Source of the DNA: Neoechinorhynchus agilis
Lineage: Eukaryota; Animalia; Acanthocephala
Length of the DNA: 64,000 nucleotides
Direction: 5' to 3'
NCBI GenBank assembly: GCA_051530055.1
Contig: CM121342.1
Span: 14,213,480 to 14,277,479 of the forward strand
Part shown: one piece after another, positions 41,501-55,124 of the stretch
Layout of the letters: each line of letters starts with the position of its first letter
Position numbering within the stretch: position 1 is the first letter of the stretch
Translations under genes and position numbers: made by a program
Notes under the pieces: model-generated
Databases searched by the model: none
What the model was told of the DNA's origin: nothing
The model's input: the letters and a program-made list of their open reading frames with translations, nothing else

Positions 41501-41758
41501 ACTGACTCATTAATAAGACATTTTCTGGCACAAGTGAGCAACTTCCACAATTGCAGAAACACTGTCTTCTGCGCACTGTATTTGTGTTTTTGAGCCACTG
41601 AACAACCCGCATCGTCTAGCTGCATCCTTGTACAGATTTTAGCTCCTACATTTCAAAATGGCAACCATTTGATTGATGAATCAACAACCGACCAATGGCG
41701 ATGTTCAATGCCGGTTCATCCGAGTTCCACTTTTATTTGTGTCCGATGAAAATGGGGC

Positions 41759-43442
41759 TTGGATTGCAGACGATCGCATTGTCGTCTGCCCAATCCGATC
41801 GAGGTTTGTACGTCTTTTTCAAGCAAAATAATTAGACCATGCACGTTAATAAGAAGGAGGCATCGACCAATAGATTTATGGAGAAAAGTCAGAAATTACA
41901 TGGGAATGGTGGTTACGACCATAGGTCTCCTTGCAACCTTCGTATTTCTTTTCTATCGGTTTAAGCAAGACTTACCTTTGTGGTCAACTCACAATGAAGA
42001 CTTGGAGCTGAAATGTGAGTTTTGAAAAATAATATCCCGAGATTTCTCTTCTAGGTTGCAAGAAGGTAACCTGTGCTGACGAGATCATTCACCGTGAAAA
42101 TTTTATGGATTTCGACAATGAGGACGCTGGTAAGCTCATTATGCAAACTGACGTATATATTTGCTCCTGTTCTCAAGTGAAGTGTGGAAAGAGGCTTGTG
42201 GCACCAATCGACATGGCACTCATATCCGGAGGTACTGAAGTCAGCCCAAATGCTTGGCCGTGGCAGGTGTACATAATTCAAGATTACATTGGCAGGAGGG
42301 GAAAGACAAAATTCTGCGGTGGAGTTATTGTAAAGAACCATTTCGTTCTTACTGCAGCTCATTGTTTTCAGCCATGGTACGTATAACATTATAGAAATCG
42401 TAGCATTATTTGTGGCATCTAATTTTTACTTCTGCGTTGTTAACTATTTGTTGTACTTCCTAAATGGAACCGAATGGCGATTTTATTGATAGAGTTAAAA
42501 GCAGGAACTTTTCTATATCCAGGTAACTTCCATTTTCGACGAAAGGATTAGTTTTTGAGTACCTGAAAATAGTTTGTTCTTTTATTAGGTTTTTCGAGCG
42601 TCATAAAACTAAATTAATATAAATCGAAAAATATTTTTCAGTTTGTAGAGGTTGAATATGCTCAATAATGTTACGAGCACTTTGATTTTTTATAAAACCC
42701 CTAAGTCTTCTTTTTTATACAAACCAACAAACATTAAACATTTTAGTTACGAGAAATACATGAAACGTATGGCTAATACGTTGTCAGTGTTCGTCCCAGT
42801 ATTAACCAATGCACATTCACACACAACATCGTTTCGAAAATTTAAAGTTTGCAATGTTCATATGGTAAGTAGGAAAGTAATACATATCATGGAGTTCGAT
42901 TCGTTTAAAAATTTAAAGCACGACAAATTTAATCCAATGACATTAACCAACGACATTGCTCTACTTTACCTCTGTGATTCAATCAGCATGGTCGACGCCG
43001 TTCCGGTGTGCCTTCCAAACAGAACGTCCTCTGATATTCGCTTCGGAAAAGGGGGAATGGTTGTTGGCTGGGGTTCAAGTGGAGAAAGTACGCTGGATCG
43101 TCTACCTCTGCAACGCCCATTGCGACAACTCGAAACATTTCTACAGGACCCTAGCGTTTGCTTTCACTTTTTTCGGTCGTACTTTGACCACCGGTCGCAG
43201 CTATGCGCAAAATCACCGGGTTACCAAGCTCCGTGCCAGGTTAGTTAACCTCTGCTTCATTTTTAATGGTTTCTCTTCAGGGTGATAGTGGCGGACCGTT
43301 GCTGTTTGAAACCGATGGTATCTGGAGAATCCACGGAATTGTTTCCTATGGATTCGGATGTGGATCAAACTACCACCCGGATGTATATACGAGCGTCGGG
43401 GCTTATAGGCAATGGATCGACCACGTGTTTTCAAGTTTATAA
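41759..43442 (+). CDS. Type II membrane-anchored S1 (chymotrypsin-fold) serine protease; 5' start uncertain
   Basis: N-terminal TM segment, ISGG...WPWQV, FCGG, TAAHC, NDIALL, PVCLP, GWG and CQGDSGGP; catalytic triad intact. Confidence 0.88.
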
Positions 43443-43879
43443 ACGTTTAGAAGATCGCTGAATGGTCGCTCACACGATTGATTGGAAATAGTATTTGAAA
43501 ATGTTAGCGATTGTCAGATAAAACATTATTAAGCGAAATACCGATATGTGAGATACCGGGTTGTATGATTAGGAATATTGTTTAGGTCTTCACGATGATG
43601 AACCCGACGAGGTTCGAAGCATCTTTAATAAAAAATAATTTACCAGGTAAAAACTTGAACAATAATCCCAACTATTAAGCTTGAGTTTTTCATTATATAA
43701 CTCATGATATTATTCACGAAAGTTACCAACTAAATTCCGATTTATCCTGAAAGTCATTATCAGAAGTTTTGTAAAGCGTTTCGCGCACATAACTTTATCG
43801 AAACTTCCTGTAAATATTATGACAGATTAAATAACGCTAAGAGTGAGTCTGATATTATAAGATAGAGGCAGAGTTTAAC

Positions 43880-45033
43880 TTTAAACGCTCGCGAATTTCG
43901 ATATTCAAAGTATTGTGAATCACATAGAATCTTGCAATACAATCGAATATAACTAGACGCGATATAGATCGCCGTAATTACTCGTTTCTTCGAATAGTTT
44001 GAGAAACTAAGCAATAATTGTTGGCATCTGTGAGCAAATGGGACTTTAAAAACTCGCGAATTTCGATATTCTAAAAATATTTTGAATCACATAGAATCTT
44101 GCAATGCAATCGAATGTTACTACACGCGGTATAAATCGCCGTAATGACAATTTTCTTTAAATAGTTTGAGCATTAGTGTACGCAAATAAGTAAAAATCAT
44201 TGGCATCTGTGAGCAAATGGGACTTTGAAAACTCGCGAATTTCGATATTTGTAAAATATTGTGAATCACATAGAATCTTGCAATGCAATCCAATGTAACT
44301 GGACGTAATATAGATCGCCGTAATTACTATTTTCTTTAAATGGTTTGAGCATTAGTGTATGCAAATAAGTAAAAATTATTGGTATCTGTGAGCAAATGGG
44401 ACTTTAAACACTCGCGAATTTCGATATTCAAAGTATTGTGAATCATATAGAATCTTGCAATGCAATCGAATGTAGCTGGACGTAATATAGATCGCGTAAT
44501 TACTCTTTTCTTCGAATAGTTTGAGCAACTAAGCAATAATTGTTGGCATCTGTGAGCAAATGGGACTTTAAAAACTCGCGAATTTCGATATTTATAAAAT
44601 ATTGTGAATCACATAGAATCTTGCAATGCAATCGAATGTAACTGGACGCGATATAGATCGCCGTAATTACTTTTTTCTTCGAATAGTTTGAGCAACTAAG
44701 CAAAAATTGTTGGCATCTGTGAGCCAATGGGACTTTAAACACTCGCGAATTTCGATATTGAAAGTATTGTTAGTCACATAGAATCTTGCAATACAATCGA
44801 ATATAACTGGACGCGATATAGATCGCCGTAATTACTATTTTCTTTAAATAGTTTGAGCATTAGTGTACGCAAATAGGTAAAAATTATTGGTATCTGTGAG
44901 CCAATGGGACTTTAACCACTCGCGAATTTCGATATTCAAAGTATTGTGAATCACATAGAATCTCGCAATACAATCGAATATAACTGGACGCGATATAGAT
45001 CGCCGTAATTATTCTTTTCTTTGGATAGTTTGG
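43880..45033. repeat. Satellite-like tandem array, about 7 units of about 165 or 179 bp
   Basis: GCGAATTTCGATATT recurs at 43891, 44056, 44235, 44414, 44578, 44745 and 44922. Confidence 0.95.
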
Positions 45034-45585
45034 CATGACGTTTGAAGTAGTTTGTTCAGCGAGAATTGTAAAATTGATTTACAAGAGCATTTGTCGGAAA
45101 AGGGGATTATCAGAACTCAGTGGAATGCTTGCTGGTAAGATTCACATATCAAGACATAATTTAAACCGTAAAATGTGTAGAAATCCGTGTAGTTTTACTG
45201 CCCATTATATAATATCTAATCTAAAGTTTGGTTTAAAAGCTAGGAGCAAAAGCACTCGTATATTACTTTGCGAATTCGAAGAGTTGCTAAAAAACTTCCA
45301 GGTTGTTTGAAGTTTGAATTGTTTATGTTTTTATATAATGGAAAATGGAATTTCTTTTATTGAATTCGATATCTCGGCTAAAGCTATAAAACGCCTTCAG
45401 GCTACAACCGCCAATGCAATTCAGGTCAATACCTGGTTCAAAATAGCAGCATCGCCGTGTTGAGAGGCACGAGGAGGGCTAGGCGTATAACAGTTTGTGA
45501 GCGTGTATGTTTCATCCAGGTCCAATCACACCAATAAAAATTCTGAAACAACTTTTTTTTAAAAAACCAACAAAACTTTATTCTT

Positions 45586-45720
45586 TTAAAAGTTACTTGA
45601 TATATCATATTTTGTTCAGACACGAAATCATTCACACTGCCGCTCTGGATCACTCAGTTGCTATCTCGGTGTAAAGGCCGAAAGGACGGATGCAGCGTTC
45701 AATCGTTGTACTGCTAAATT
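45586..45720 (-). mobile_element. 3' end fragment of the CRE-like element
   Basis: ATTCTTTTAAAAGTTACTTGATATATCATATTTTGTTCAGACA..AAATCATTCACAC is near-identical to 55125-55260. Confidence 0.8.
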
Positions 45721-46082
45721 TAGGTTTTGTATTAGGAATTCATCGCTAGTGATTCGTCTTAAACCATTTTAGGTTGATGATTGCATTCGGGTGGTGGGAT
45801 ATGTTATTGTTTAGGTCGCTTGTCGACACGAATATATTTCGACCGATTGAATCGATCATTGTCAATTCAATTGCTTGTAAGTTTCAAATGTGTTGATGTG
45901 ATCTGCATCGGGTGTCGACAGGCAGCCTAAGCAATAACTTAAACCATTTTTTCAGGTTTAATTGACGACATTGACGGCCATACCAATAGTAACCATGTTG
46001 AAAACGTAGTTTGTGTCTATTCTAAAACGAAAGAATAACCACTAAACAATTGCGCGAAACAATTTGTTAACCGTGCTTTACC

Positions 46083-49000
46083 ATGAGTCTCAGTTTATTT
46101 GATTCAAAGGTTGCTTTCTGTAACATTGTTGTTGTTTTTGGGTTATAATAGCGTACTTATCATTTAGTATGCCAATCTGCTCGGCTCTGTGTATTCCCAA
46201 GGAAACACTGTGTTCAATCGGTCGTCATCATTAATTTTGAGTCCAGTAGGCAATCGCGTCGCTTCATTCGATCTTAAAAGGTTCATTTTGCTTTCGATTA
46301 CACTAATCTTTTGAATAGTTGCTCCTAGTAATCGCGTCCAGACTTCTCCGTTCCAATCAAAACGCAATATCCTATGCGTGGATATCTCTACCGACGATAA
46401 ACTTCTCGCCGTTTGCGATGAAGGTCTAAGCATTTAGATCATGTATTGTTCATCGTTGCTTTTTAGGAAACGATCTAGCTATTTGTTTAACAGCAACAAA
46501 TCGAGTGTTGGTACAGCATCACTTCATGGGAAAGATCAGTTTGATAAAATTCAGTCCGGACGGAAGGTAAGCCTTAAATTTCTTTTTAGAAGTGGTGGGA
46601 TTACCTATTATGTAATTATCGATAGAAAATTCTTCGTGGTAATCAAATTAGAAGTATGGCGGGCATACTCCCGGACATGGCATGTTTCAAATAAATATCT
46701 AGTGCCAGGGGCGTATACTCACCATAATTCTAATTATTAGGTGATTGGAATTAAAAACAAATCAAGTGGAATAATCCAAGTTTCAAAATACTATTGGAAA
46801 AGTTCTTAAATATTGATCGAACAGTGATCGTATTTGAAAATCTCAAGATTTATTACCTGTCCAATGTCTACTGGCAAGTGGGTTATATTAAGTGTTTAGA
46901 AGATCCCTTACTCGGCTTAGGAAAATGCCAAGTAAGGGATGCTCTAAAAACTTAGTTTATTGCTTGAGTGCGCATTTCATTTGTCAATTTGTATGTTTGA
47001 AAAATCCTAACATAGGGCTTCCCCCAAAAAATAAAGCGGTCACTAATGCAATCATGGTTTGATGAATTATAGTGTAAAATAACCCCGTGAAGGTGTTGGT
47101 TTCTGAAGAGAAATAATCATCCTATCTATGCGCCTAGCAGTTTACAAGACTTATCGGTTGAAGGGACCCAATCGTTATAGTTTCATGATGAGCATTTTTC
47201 GTGCACGAACCGTGCATAATCGGTCATAGCGTCCAGGTTCTAATAATTTAATGCGGAATGACAACTAACTAATACTCTGATTACTAGAAAGCTTTTAGCA
47301 TGCCATGAAGATCATCTTATAGTGTTGGAATGTCCGTCTACTACAGTTCGAACAATTCGACGCTTGGTTGAAGTGCGAAAACTTAATTGTAGTGCGATGG
47401 GTAATTACATTTCAGCCGAATGGCACCCTAGTGGATGCGGGTTTGTGACAGGAAATATGGACACCACGACCCGTCTTATATTTTTTCGAAACCCGAGTAT
47501 GAATAGCGTACATGTGCAGATGATACCCGGTCACAAGTGGCCGATCTTGGGTTGTTTCTTTCAATCTTCTCAATACGATGTGATCACAGTTGATCGAAAT
47601 GGACAAGTTCGTTGTTATTCCGTACAAAGGGTAGAATCAGGGGAAAAAGAGGACATCGACGTTACAATCGAGCAAACCATTGTTGAGAAATCAAAATGGC
47701 ACACGATTTGGAAGATAAGAGAAAGCGCTGGAGTATCTTTTAACCCAGGTTCGATTGTCCGCGTAAGTGCATGCGACTACCACCAGAGTAGTCAAATGTT
47801 GACTGCTGCATTCACCGACGGATGCTTTGTTGTAATTCAAATGCCAGAATTCATTGGCGTGCACTCTCTATCTGTTACAACGCAATCTCCTATAGGCAGT
47901 ATCCGATTTGATTCAAGTGGGCGATGGTTGGGACTAGCATCCTGTAACCGGGAATCCGTTGGTCAATTATTGGTTTGGGACTGGAAAAACGAGACTTATG
48001 TGCTCAAACAGCAGTCGCACCCACTTCGAGATGGACTTCAAATTTCTTTTTCCCCAGATGGACTCCGCATCGCTACTGGAGGATCTGATGGTCGTGTTAA
48101 ACTCTGGTCGACTTTAGACGGAAGTTGTGTAACTACATTCAGTGATCACAGTGCCCAAATCACAGGACTTGTGTACAAGCGGTCTACGGGTTCAGTACTC
48201 GTTTCCTGCTCAATGGATGGCACCATTAGAGCGTACGACGTTTTGCGAGGACGGAACTTCAGAACGTTGACCACCACGCGCCCGGTGCAGTTCAGTTGTG
48301 TAGATCTCGAGTCATCGGGAGGAGATATTGTTTGTGCAGGAGCGATCAACGAATACAACGTTTTTGTATTCTCAATTCGTACCGCTCAATTATGTTAGCC
48401 GTTACTTTTAAGCATCACTAAAGTCGGGGAAACAATCTTTCACTTTTAAAACAAACGAATTCAACACAGCGATTTGAAAACGGACGCTATTAGGAGAATG
48501 TAGCGGACGTTCTCAATTTCGACTAAACGCATGTAATAGGCGTAACGTGTAGCCTTTAGCGGTTACGCAAAACACTTTAAATCCGGTATATCCTTTCAAA
48601 GAAATCTTTTTACATTAACCCTTCAGTTGGTATGTCGATAAATCTGAAATCATCTAAATAAAACGTTTAAAAGTATCGGTATACTTGAGGTTTTGTCTGG
48701 TCATCGTGGACCAGTAAGCTCTGTGTGCTTCTCTCCATTAACTGCGTTCCGTCTTCTGTCTGGATCATGGGATAAATCCATACGCTTATGGGACATTATG
48801 GATACAGGGAATCCTTGTGAATCCTTAGATTTACTAGCGGATGTTGTCTGTGTCGCATACCGCCCAGACGGCCTTCAACTGGCTGCAAGTACAATTCGAG
48901 CGAAGATTTTCTTAATAGATTCGGATGATGTTGGTGGAAGTCATATGCAAAGTATCGATTGTCGTAAGGACGTTGGATACACAGGCAAAAACGAAAGGTG

Positions 49001-50671
49001 AGCAAGCAAACGCACTAATTTATTTTGATGCGAAATCCGCCTACATGGCTCCGCCACCTAAATGTTCTCCGGTGTCCATGCCGAGAGTGCCGGCACCAGT
49101 TCCAAATCCAACTCCTTTAGGTCCAAATTGCCGTGCGTAGCATTGCTTGCAGTATATTTGACCTTGATGTGTAGCCAACGTTGTTGATTCGAGCATCTTC
49201 TTGCAAAGTCCACAACGAAAACATGTCTTGTGCCATTTTATTCCTTCAGCTGAAACTTCTTCAGCCGCATATACTGGCTTCTGGCACCTTGGGCAACGGT
49301 TAACTTGTATTTTGAATGGCATTGCTGATCGAAGACGAGTATGTTTTGCGAGGAACAGGGAAAAGGTAGCGTCTTTTTATGTTCGTATTTTCTTCATGAT
49401 ATGCTCGCCACATTTTTCCTTTATCTATTGCATCCTCACCAATTCCTGGTTGTTTTCATGCTCTCACAAAGGCGATGGGGTGCAATTCCCTCCGGCAACA
49501 TTGCTCTTCATATTATGCAATGCCTCTGATACACAGCGCAAAAATGTGAAGATGCTCGGTCAATCGATAATGGGAGAAAGAGAAGGCGTAGGGACTAGCT
49601 GGCATTTTGATTGCCGAAAAGTTACGATACGATTGGGAAAATTCGTATTTGCCGAGAACAAATAGAAATATAGTGCATGTGCACTTTGCCACTACTGTCA
49701 TTGGAGGCAATCGAGACAAGTGTCACTGAATGAACCTGAAATGAATCCCATTTTTGTCTTTCCACCTTTTAGACCATTCCGGACATTATGTTACACCTTG
49801 GATGGTCAATATCTATTAGCCGGAGGACTATCTCATTACGTTTGCATCTACCACGTCCAGCGTCAAATGTTAGCACGACGAATTGCCATTAATCACAATT
49901 ACAGTCTCGCCGGATACCATCACCCGTATTTTGCACGAAAAAAAGCGAAGCCGATCAAAACGAACCGGGGTCCATTTGAAGACGTATACACAGACGATGA
50001 CTATTCCCTTCCACTTCCTGGTACTCGAGAAATTGATAACAGCTCACTTGCAGCAGTTCCAGAACTCGAAGTCACATGCATTAGAATTTCGCCAACCGGT
50101 CGCTCTTGGGTTGCTAGCACAAATGAAGGCGTCATGGTCTACTCATTGGACGCTTCAAACGAATTTCCATTTGAACTCGACGTATCCACTACTCCTGAAG
50201 CAGTCGAGCAGCATCTCAAAAAGCACGAAGCGGTATCTGCACTTGTAAAGGCCGTTCAGTTGGGACAGTTGGATTTAATCGAACGTATTGTGGATTCGAT
50301 TGAAGACCAGAAGCAGATGAAGATTATTTGTCAACAAATTCCATTGAGCACCACATTACGAGTCTTATCATTTTTAGCAAAGTTGGTTCAAACGACTAGA
50401 CGAATCGGACACTACGTCGCCTTTTGTCAATGTCTCCTTCAACAAAATTGCCATAAACTCAAGGATACGATGACACCGAGTTCAACGCTAAGTGGAAATC
50501 TGTGTGAATTAGAACGGAACATCCGCCTTAGAACAAAAGTTATTGACGAAACGTAAGTCCATTGTTTAACAAAAATCAATATTAATTTCTGCTTTTATTC
50601 GTAGATGCACACGGAACCTTAACATGCTAAAGTACTTGAATCAAACCAGTAGAGATCAAACGGCGTCCTAA
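46083..50671 (+). CDS. PWP2: Periodic tryptophan protein 2 (UTP1), WD40 ribosome biogenesis factor, 7 exons
   Basis: YANLLGSVY, LSPVGNRV, SPDGRK, SPDGLRIATGGSDGRVKLW, DGTIRAYDVLRGRNFRTLT, VLSGHRGP, YLLAGG. Confidence 0.93.
49041..49322 (-). CDS. Single-LIM muscle LIM protein (CRP/MLP family), nested antisense in a PWP2 intron
   Basis: CPRCQKPVYAAEE...WHKTCFRCGLCKK...YCKQCY followed by the glycine-rich GPKGVGFGTGAGTL tail. Confidence 0.9.
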   Translation of the reverse strand: MPFKIQVNRCPRCQKPVYAAEEVSAEGIKWHKTCFRCGLCKKMLESTTLATHQGQIYCKQCYARQFGPKGVGFGTGAGTLGMDTGEHLGGGAM

Positions 50672-50949
50672 TAATAAACTACATTTTGAGTATGCCAAAT
50701 TAAATTCCACACGTTTAATGACAAAATCAAGCGAGTTCATTGACACAATGAGATACCACCGATGAAAGTATTCTGAAATGGAATATTTTATCGTTGGTCT
50801 TGTCGCATCTGGGGTATACCTAGCGACGTGCTCATCCCTTGTGTTCAACATAACACCTTTCTATTTCAAAAAATCGCCACTCAACAACACACAGTGCACT
50901 TGCATCTATGCACCACACACATCCACCCGATCAATAACATACCAATCTG

Positions 50950-51700
50950 CACATTCCTACCCTTTAAGATATTCGTCCTGAGTTCCTCGAGGAGGTCTTT
51001 GATTTCGTTGATTTCTTCTTGGTTGGTTTTTGATAGGGGTGAATGTTGTCGTTTTTGACACATTTTTGTCATTTCCTGCAATCTCCATCTATTCCTTGCG
51101 ACCTCCATTCCGTTTTCTCTTTCGCTTCTTCTTTGTTTTAATCTATCAGTGAATGGATCGATATTAAGCGTCTTCATTGGTCGCCATGAGTCCTGGTATT
51201 TCCATCCCCGTGATTGATTTGTATAATGTCCGGGTAGTCCTTTTATCAACGTTTTCTTTAATCCAACCGGACGAATCGTTCCTCTTGTGCCAAACAAGAT
51301 CTATAGCGTCAAACGTTCTTAGTTTCGCTTGAGTGTCATGTCTGTCTTTCTGTTCACGCTGCTTCCTATATATATCGGGCTTTTATTGGTGGTTTTTCAC
51401 TCGGTTTAGCACAGTGGACAGTCGTTGGTCATTATCACCATTATTAATGGGGCTTTCCCGTTGTTGCATGAGGTGTATTGCGGTATGACATCAGGAACTG
51501 TTGCAACTTCAAAGATCTATCAGAAGGACGTGGGGCTTATTCTGCACAGCCGTACTCCGTTGACATCCAGGAATCGTCGAAATTGATTTGGGACTATAGG
51601 GCGGTCCGTTATCACATATAATGCGCGCCCGCGTTTGTGATGGCTGTTTTGTTTGTCTAATAAAATCTTTCTAAAGGTCACTGATACACGATTACAACAC
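50950..51700 (-). mobile_element. Ty3/gypsy integrase remnant
   Basis: VITDRP...QFRRFLDVNGV (degraded core), LQQFLMSYRNTPHATTG, RTFDAIDLVW. Confidence 0.8.
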
Positions 51701-52934
51701 ATTCAAATGTGATCGCACTGAAGCTGAGGAAGGGTAAATTGCCCTGCGGGTTGTCTTTCGTCAATCTTAAGCGTCCGGTTGTGTTCATTGTAATAGCCTC
51801 TTTACTAATTAATAAACGTCAGACGTCTCCCAGTAGGACAATAGCACGTCGTCCACATATCTTATGTAAATCCGTTTTCCGGCAATGCGTGAAAAATTTT
51901 ACAAGTGTGCAAAGAAAAACACTTGCAAACATTCAGTATGACGTGCACGAGAAAGCGTGCCCAGGCAAGAACATGAAAAAACAGTTACGCACAGACGAAT
52001 ACCCAAATTTCGATATGTAATGTACCGGGGAATGTGATTGGAATTATTGTTTAGCTCTACACCCGGTAAATAATTATTTATCAAAGACGTTTCGACCTTT
52101 CAGTCTTTTTGATTATCCCACGTTTCTGGGGTGGGGTGCTCATCAAGTGTTTTTATATATCTCCCGAGGAGGCGGAACTCATCAGTTGATGAGTTTCATC
52201 CCTTCTACGGTATTTCGTCCCTTTATCGTCGGGATATTCTGAAGGCTCGAACCTGCTAAGGAAGGCGTATGGCGCCCCTAGATTGACAGTATATATAATA
52301 AGAATCGTGAGTGAAGTAAAAAACACTCACCATTCATAGTGCCGCAGCGACGAAGTACAACTTTGGACTCGGGTTAGGTTTGTGGCTAAGGAGGCGGCTG
52401 GCGGTTAGATAATGTGAGGGATAGAGTTTTGGGCATCAGCTAGACAAAACTTCATTATTGCTCGAAAAGCGGGACGAACTTTCAACACTTTGATGTCGCT
52501 TCAACGAGCTTTTGTAGATTTATTTGACGATTGAATTGTTCATGTTTTCGAATGGCGGAAAAAATTGAAGTGATTTATTAGTCCACATTTATCCCGGTTT
52601 TTTGTAAGTTTTGTGTTACACGAGTTAAGCATGCTGAAATATCGACCCTATTAAATCACTTCAAATTTTATCGACCTTCATAGATTCCTGACGACGGCTT
52701 CGAAAATAAAAGCTCACTTGCCAATTTAAGAGCAGAAAACTTGATAAAAATGGGTGGCTTTATGTGGACGAGTTTGACTAAAATAATCCGACTTTATCAT
52801 TTGCTTACGAGCACTTTTCAGTTTCATTTAATCGATTAAGCATTACGAAAGAGCGATTTTTGTGGTTGAGATTGAATAAAATCGCAGCAAAAAAATATAG
52901 TTGAGCATGGGTTCCCAATGGTGACAGTGGATTA

Positions 52935-53693
52935 TTCATGTTTGTTTATGAAGCGTAAAATTAAATGAAATTATTAAATCCGATATTTCGGAACCACAAT
53001 CTTGTACGCGTTTATCAAAGGTTGTCTACTTGCTTTATTCGTGGCACCTCAATTTTTCAAAAAGGCATAGATTGTGCCTTCGAAATATCGAATTTAATAA
53101 GGCTAGAAAATCAATTAGTATTTCACAGCATCCAATCTTGCACAAAACAACATGTCGATATAATAAGAGTTATTGTTTAGAAGTCTTCACTCGGTAAATA
53201 ATTTTCTTATTAAAGACGTTTCGAACCTTGTCGGGTTCATCATCTCAGTTTGTTAGTAATAGAAGTTTTCGATGTGAAAATTTAATTTATTTGATGACGT
53301 AATGTGAAGTTACTATCAAATCTGAAAACGCGCAATGTCGTCGGAAGTCCAACGTACATTTGGGTTCGCCCATACTTAAAAATCGTATTTTTTCACAGTT
53401 GTGCGCCTTTGGTATACGGCCTCGGTTTTGGTGTGCGTCTAGGATCGTGCGTTGGCGACCCGATATTCATCTTAAACGTTCTTCATTTTCTAAATTCTAT
53501 GAGCTCGCAATCGTTGCGCCATTTTAGGATGTTTGTTTTGGACTACTTTTTGCTTGTTTATGGAGTGAAAATTAAAAGAATAAGCAACAAACTTGCGAAA
53601 CAACCTTGATAAACGCGTACAAGATTGTGGTTCCGAAACCAATCGGATTTAATAAATTCATTTAATTTTTACGCTCCATAAACAAGTATGAAT
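52935..53693. mobile_element. Foldback/MITE with about 95-bp imperfect terminal inverted repeats upstream of 14-3-3
   Basis: TTTCGGAACCACAATCTTGTACGCGTTTATCAA at about 52990 is the reverse complement of about 53605-53638; arms extend to about 52935 and 53693. Confidence 0.85.
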
Positions 53694-54123
53694 ATTTCGA
53701 ATTTCAAACACTCAGCTGCCGTCTTGGTGTAACGGTCGAATAAATTCCCTACTAAAAAGCACACATTCTTCTAGAAAAGTTTAATCCATCTTCGAAGACA
53801 CTATTTTTTATAATTTGGCAAACACGCCCAATCCCGTTGTCATTTCAACATGAATGGTTACGTAATTGTGCACCTATTCGTCCGTTTGTGTGCATTCGCG
53901 TGGCGCCGAGTGAATAAACTTTTTATACGTGACGCGTTTTTATTGTCATCTTCTCATGTTTGCCTTCTTCTCTATCGCTTTGACGCCATCGATCTCATGC
54001 GCATTTTCGCCCTAGACTACACATTCTTCCGTGTTGTTCTTAGTGTTCGTGCTCGTCTGCCCTTTTACGCTCGTTCACCTCCGCTGTTTCGCAAGATCTC
54101 GCCGTCCTTTTTCCCTCTCGTAG

Positions 54124-54912
54124 ATGGCATTCGTGAAAGAATACGAGATTCAACGAGCGAAGTTGGCGGAACAGGCGGAGCGTTATGATGATATGGCCGC
54201 CACCATGAAAAAAGTCACTGAACAGTCCGGTACTGAGCTCAGCAACGAAGAACGTAACCTCCTTTCGGTTGCGTATAAAAACGTTGTGGGATCCCGTCGA
54301 TCATCATGGCGTGTTATCTCTTCCATTGCCGATCGTCCAACTGGAGCAACACCCGAACGAATTTCTGATATCACAAAAGAATACAGAGAATTGATTGAAA
54401 AAGAGCTCATTGGTATTTGCAACGATGTGCTCGGTCTTCTTGAAAAACACTTGATTCCACGTGCCAGTACTCCTGAAAGCAAGGTTTTCTATTTGAAGAT
54501 GCGTGGCGATTACTTCCGATACATGGCTGAATTCGCTCAGGGTGAGGAGCGCTCAAAAGTCGTCGAGGACTCTCTTAAAGCGTACACTGAAGCGTTCGAT
54601 ATCGCTAAAGAAAACATGCAGCCAACTCATCCAATTCGCCTTGGTCTCGCTCTAAACTTCAGTGTCTTTTATTATGAAATACAAAATGCGCCAGATCGAG
54701 CTTGTCAGTTGGCTCGTAAGGCATTTGATGATGCCATTGCAGAATTAGACACTTTGAATGAAGATTCTTACAAAGATTCGACTCTTATCATGCAACTACT
54801 CCGGGACAATCTTACTCTATGGATGAGTGATCAAGATGAACCTGGGCAAGGGGTAGGAGGCGATCAGGGATCAGGAGATGGTGGTGCCGAGGAAAAGGAG
54901 GACAAAGCCTAG
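54124..54912 (+). CDS. 14-3-3: 14-3-3 protein, no coding introns
   Basis: [75 protein letters not shown]. Confidence 0.98.
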   Translation: MAFVKEYEIQRAKLAEQAERYDDMAATMKKVTEQSGTELSNEERNLLSVAYKNVVGSRRSSWRVISSIADRPTGATPERISDITKEYRELIEKELIGICNDVLGLLEKHLIPRASTPESKVFYLKMRGDYFRYMAEFAQGEERSKVVEDSLKAYTEAFDIAKENMQPTHPIRLGLALNFSVFYYEIQNAPDRACQLARKAFDDAIAELDTLNEDSYKDSTLIMQLLRDNLTLWMSDQDEPGQGVGGDQGSGDGGAEEKEDKA

Positions 54913-55124
54913 GATATGTTGTGGGCAACGGGAAAATTTAACAGACAAGAGAAAGTGGATTTAGATTTAACCTACCAAAAACAGGTTTAGAAATGCTCAT
55001 TTTTGGAATGAGGTTTGGGGATAATTTTTTTATTTTAAATCGAACTTGATTCAGCATATTTTCGGAAAATCCAAGTAATGCTTTTATTTTCCTTTATTCA
55101 AACGCAATAAAATAATCGAAATTT

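Noticed and set aside
43880-45033. CRISPR array
   Set aside because: Whole units repeat with no unique spacers, and the context is eukaryotic with no cas genes.
48627-48629. 3-nt micro-exon TTG (cag|TTG|gtatgt) rescuing PWP2 canonically
   Set aside because: It keeps phase 1, and no phase-1 AG acceptor exists before EVLSGH.
50881-51297. Mitochondrial ribosomal protein-like ORF
   Set aside because: The overlapping frame carries gypsy integrase motifs; this ORF is a shadow of that remnant.
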